Below, one piece after another: positions 62,772 to 64,000 of a stretch of DNA of 64,000 nt. Each line of letters begins with the position of its first letter. The first letter of the stretch is position 1. The notes beneath the pieces are model-generated. The model saw only the letters and a list, made by a program, of their open reading frames with translations, was not told the origin of the DNA and did no database searches. A program made the position numbers and the translations under genes. The stretch covers positions 1 through 64,000 of the forward strand of contig MCFE01000206.1 of assembly GCA_002104905.1 (NCBI GenBank), in the 5' to 3' direction. Source of the stretch: Basidiobolus meristosporus CBS 931.73 (Eukaryota; Fungi; Basidiobolomycota).

Positions 62772-64000
62772 ATGACACCAAAGTCTATGCCAACAACACC
62801 AGTAAGTAGAAAACGTTCCGCTAGTGTAGTCACTGCTGAGGAAGCTGCAAGTGCATTGACACAAAAGCTAGCCTCGCGTACAAAAACCCTACGACCTTTC
62901 CTCAAACCTAAGCGTTCCAAACTCTCTACACCACGTACCAACAAAGTAGCACTCACACCAATCTCCTCTCGATCATCACCTGAACATTCCACCACTCCTT
63001 CCACCACTCCTTCGTCTACACCCACCGAACGACCCGCAAAGTATCGTAAGGTTACCCAAGATCCTTCTACGCCTGTTACGACCAATGCTGTTGAAAATCC
63101 AAGCACTGGCGATAATTGCTTAATCGCTTCTATCCCCAAAAGAAAAAGGGTAACTGATGTCAAGACTTCTGATACTTCAGGTAAGTTAAATTGTTCCCAC
63201 GAATCTATCGGACCTATAAGTAATAAAAGATTGATCTATTTCATAACCACTTGGAACAAGTGTTTTTACTGGCAGCTTTTCTAAAGCAAGTCATACACGT
63301 TTGGTAGTTTATTTAGCAAGCCAACACTAAACATTTTTTACGCTCACAGCAACCGCGACACCAGTCAAAGTCCCAGAAGCCGAATTTACCTTTCGAGTCT
63401 CGGAAGACGAAGCCAACGCCTCACCAAAAGGTAAACTATGGTCTTCGCCCAAAATTAGCGTTTCCTGTACTAACGTGACCAAGTTGAAAAACCAACGGAG
63501 AAAACTGAGTCATCATCTCCTACTTCACTCCTCGCCAGTATTTTCTCTCCCGCGCTGAACTTTTTCAAAAAAGTCCAAACGGGTTTGTAGCTTTGGTAAT
63601 GCTCAAGGCTTGTATTTGAATTAACCGGCAAATTCCATTAGGGGAAACCTTGAGAAGTTTGACTTCCGATTTTGCGAGCAGATTAAAAGATGGTTCAAAT
63701 GAGGAGAAGATTCCAGAGACTAATCTCCCTCCTTCCGAATGTATGTCTTATGAGCTTAATGAAGGGATTCCAACCTTTGGTATGCCTGCATTTGAACAAC
63801 GCTGCTATCAAGTTGATCGCTGATCTCTTATTTTACGATGAATAGCCGACAATCAGACCAACATTGATGAACCAAGCCAATACTGTCTTGATGCTCCGAT
63901 GAGTATCTCTGGGCATCAGGTATTGGATCCTATGGATGAGGAGAGTGAGTACGAAGAAGAGGAATTCAATCCGTAAGTCAATAGTTTTGATTCAATTCCA
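62772..64000 (+). CDS. CTDSPL2: CTD small phosphatase-like 2 (SCP4/CTDSPL2 type), N-terminal exons only; continues beyond the window
   Basis: Ser/Thr/Pro-rich N-terminus; spliced LLASIFSPALNFF matches the CTDSPL2 IFSPVFNFF motif; acidic EEEEFNP| precedes the expected FDPY.FI motif. The catalytic domain is not in the window. Confidence 0.7.

Noticed and set aside
1-64000. tRNA, rRNA, CRISPR arrays or telomeric repeats
   Set aside because: None seen; the short (CCCTCA)n and (CCCACT)n runs in the palindrome arms are 3-4-unit microsatellites.

Overview
Eukaryotic, intron-containing fungal DNA, most consistent with an early-diverging fungus (Zoopagomycota/Mucoromycota type; lineage inferred from gene content, not proven). 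The window has two very different halves. 1-32.4 kb is a CpG-depleted nest of dead transposons: a CCCTA-terminated CACTA/En-Spm family carrying a transposase plus a divergent second ORF, Ty1/Copia elements and three solo LTRs. Several insertions can be delimited exactly by TIRs/LTR ends and target-site duplications. 32.4-34 kb holds an orphan virus- or element-like ORF that decays towards the transposon side. 34-64 kb is CpG-rich and gene-dense: two tandem malate dehydrogenases, a 5.1-kb palindrome with near-identical 1.1-kb arms, a NAB (NCD1+NCD2)-like gene, a USP16/45-type deubiquitinase, a GEP4-type phosphatase, a CTP1 citrate carrier and the start of a CTDSPL2-type phosphatase. The most notable observations are: (i) a complete tiny gene between the MDH copies encoding a signal peptide, an acidic pro-region and a melittin/maximin-like amphipathic peptide; (ii) three further TATAAATACC-driven small ORFs with hydrophobic N-termini in and around the palindrome; (iii) MDH paralogs identical over 691 nt but with divergent tails, one ending in a PTS1-like SKM; (iv) a fungal homolog of the animal NAB corepressors. 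All family assignments are by eye from motifs; no searches were run.
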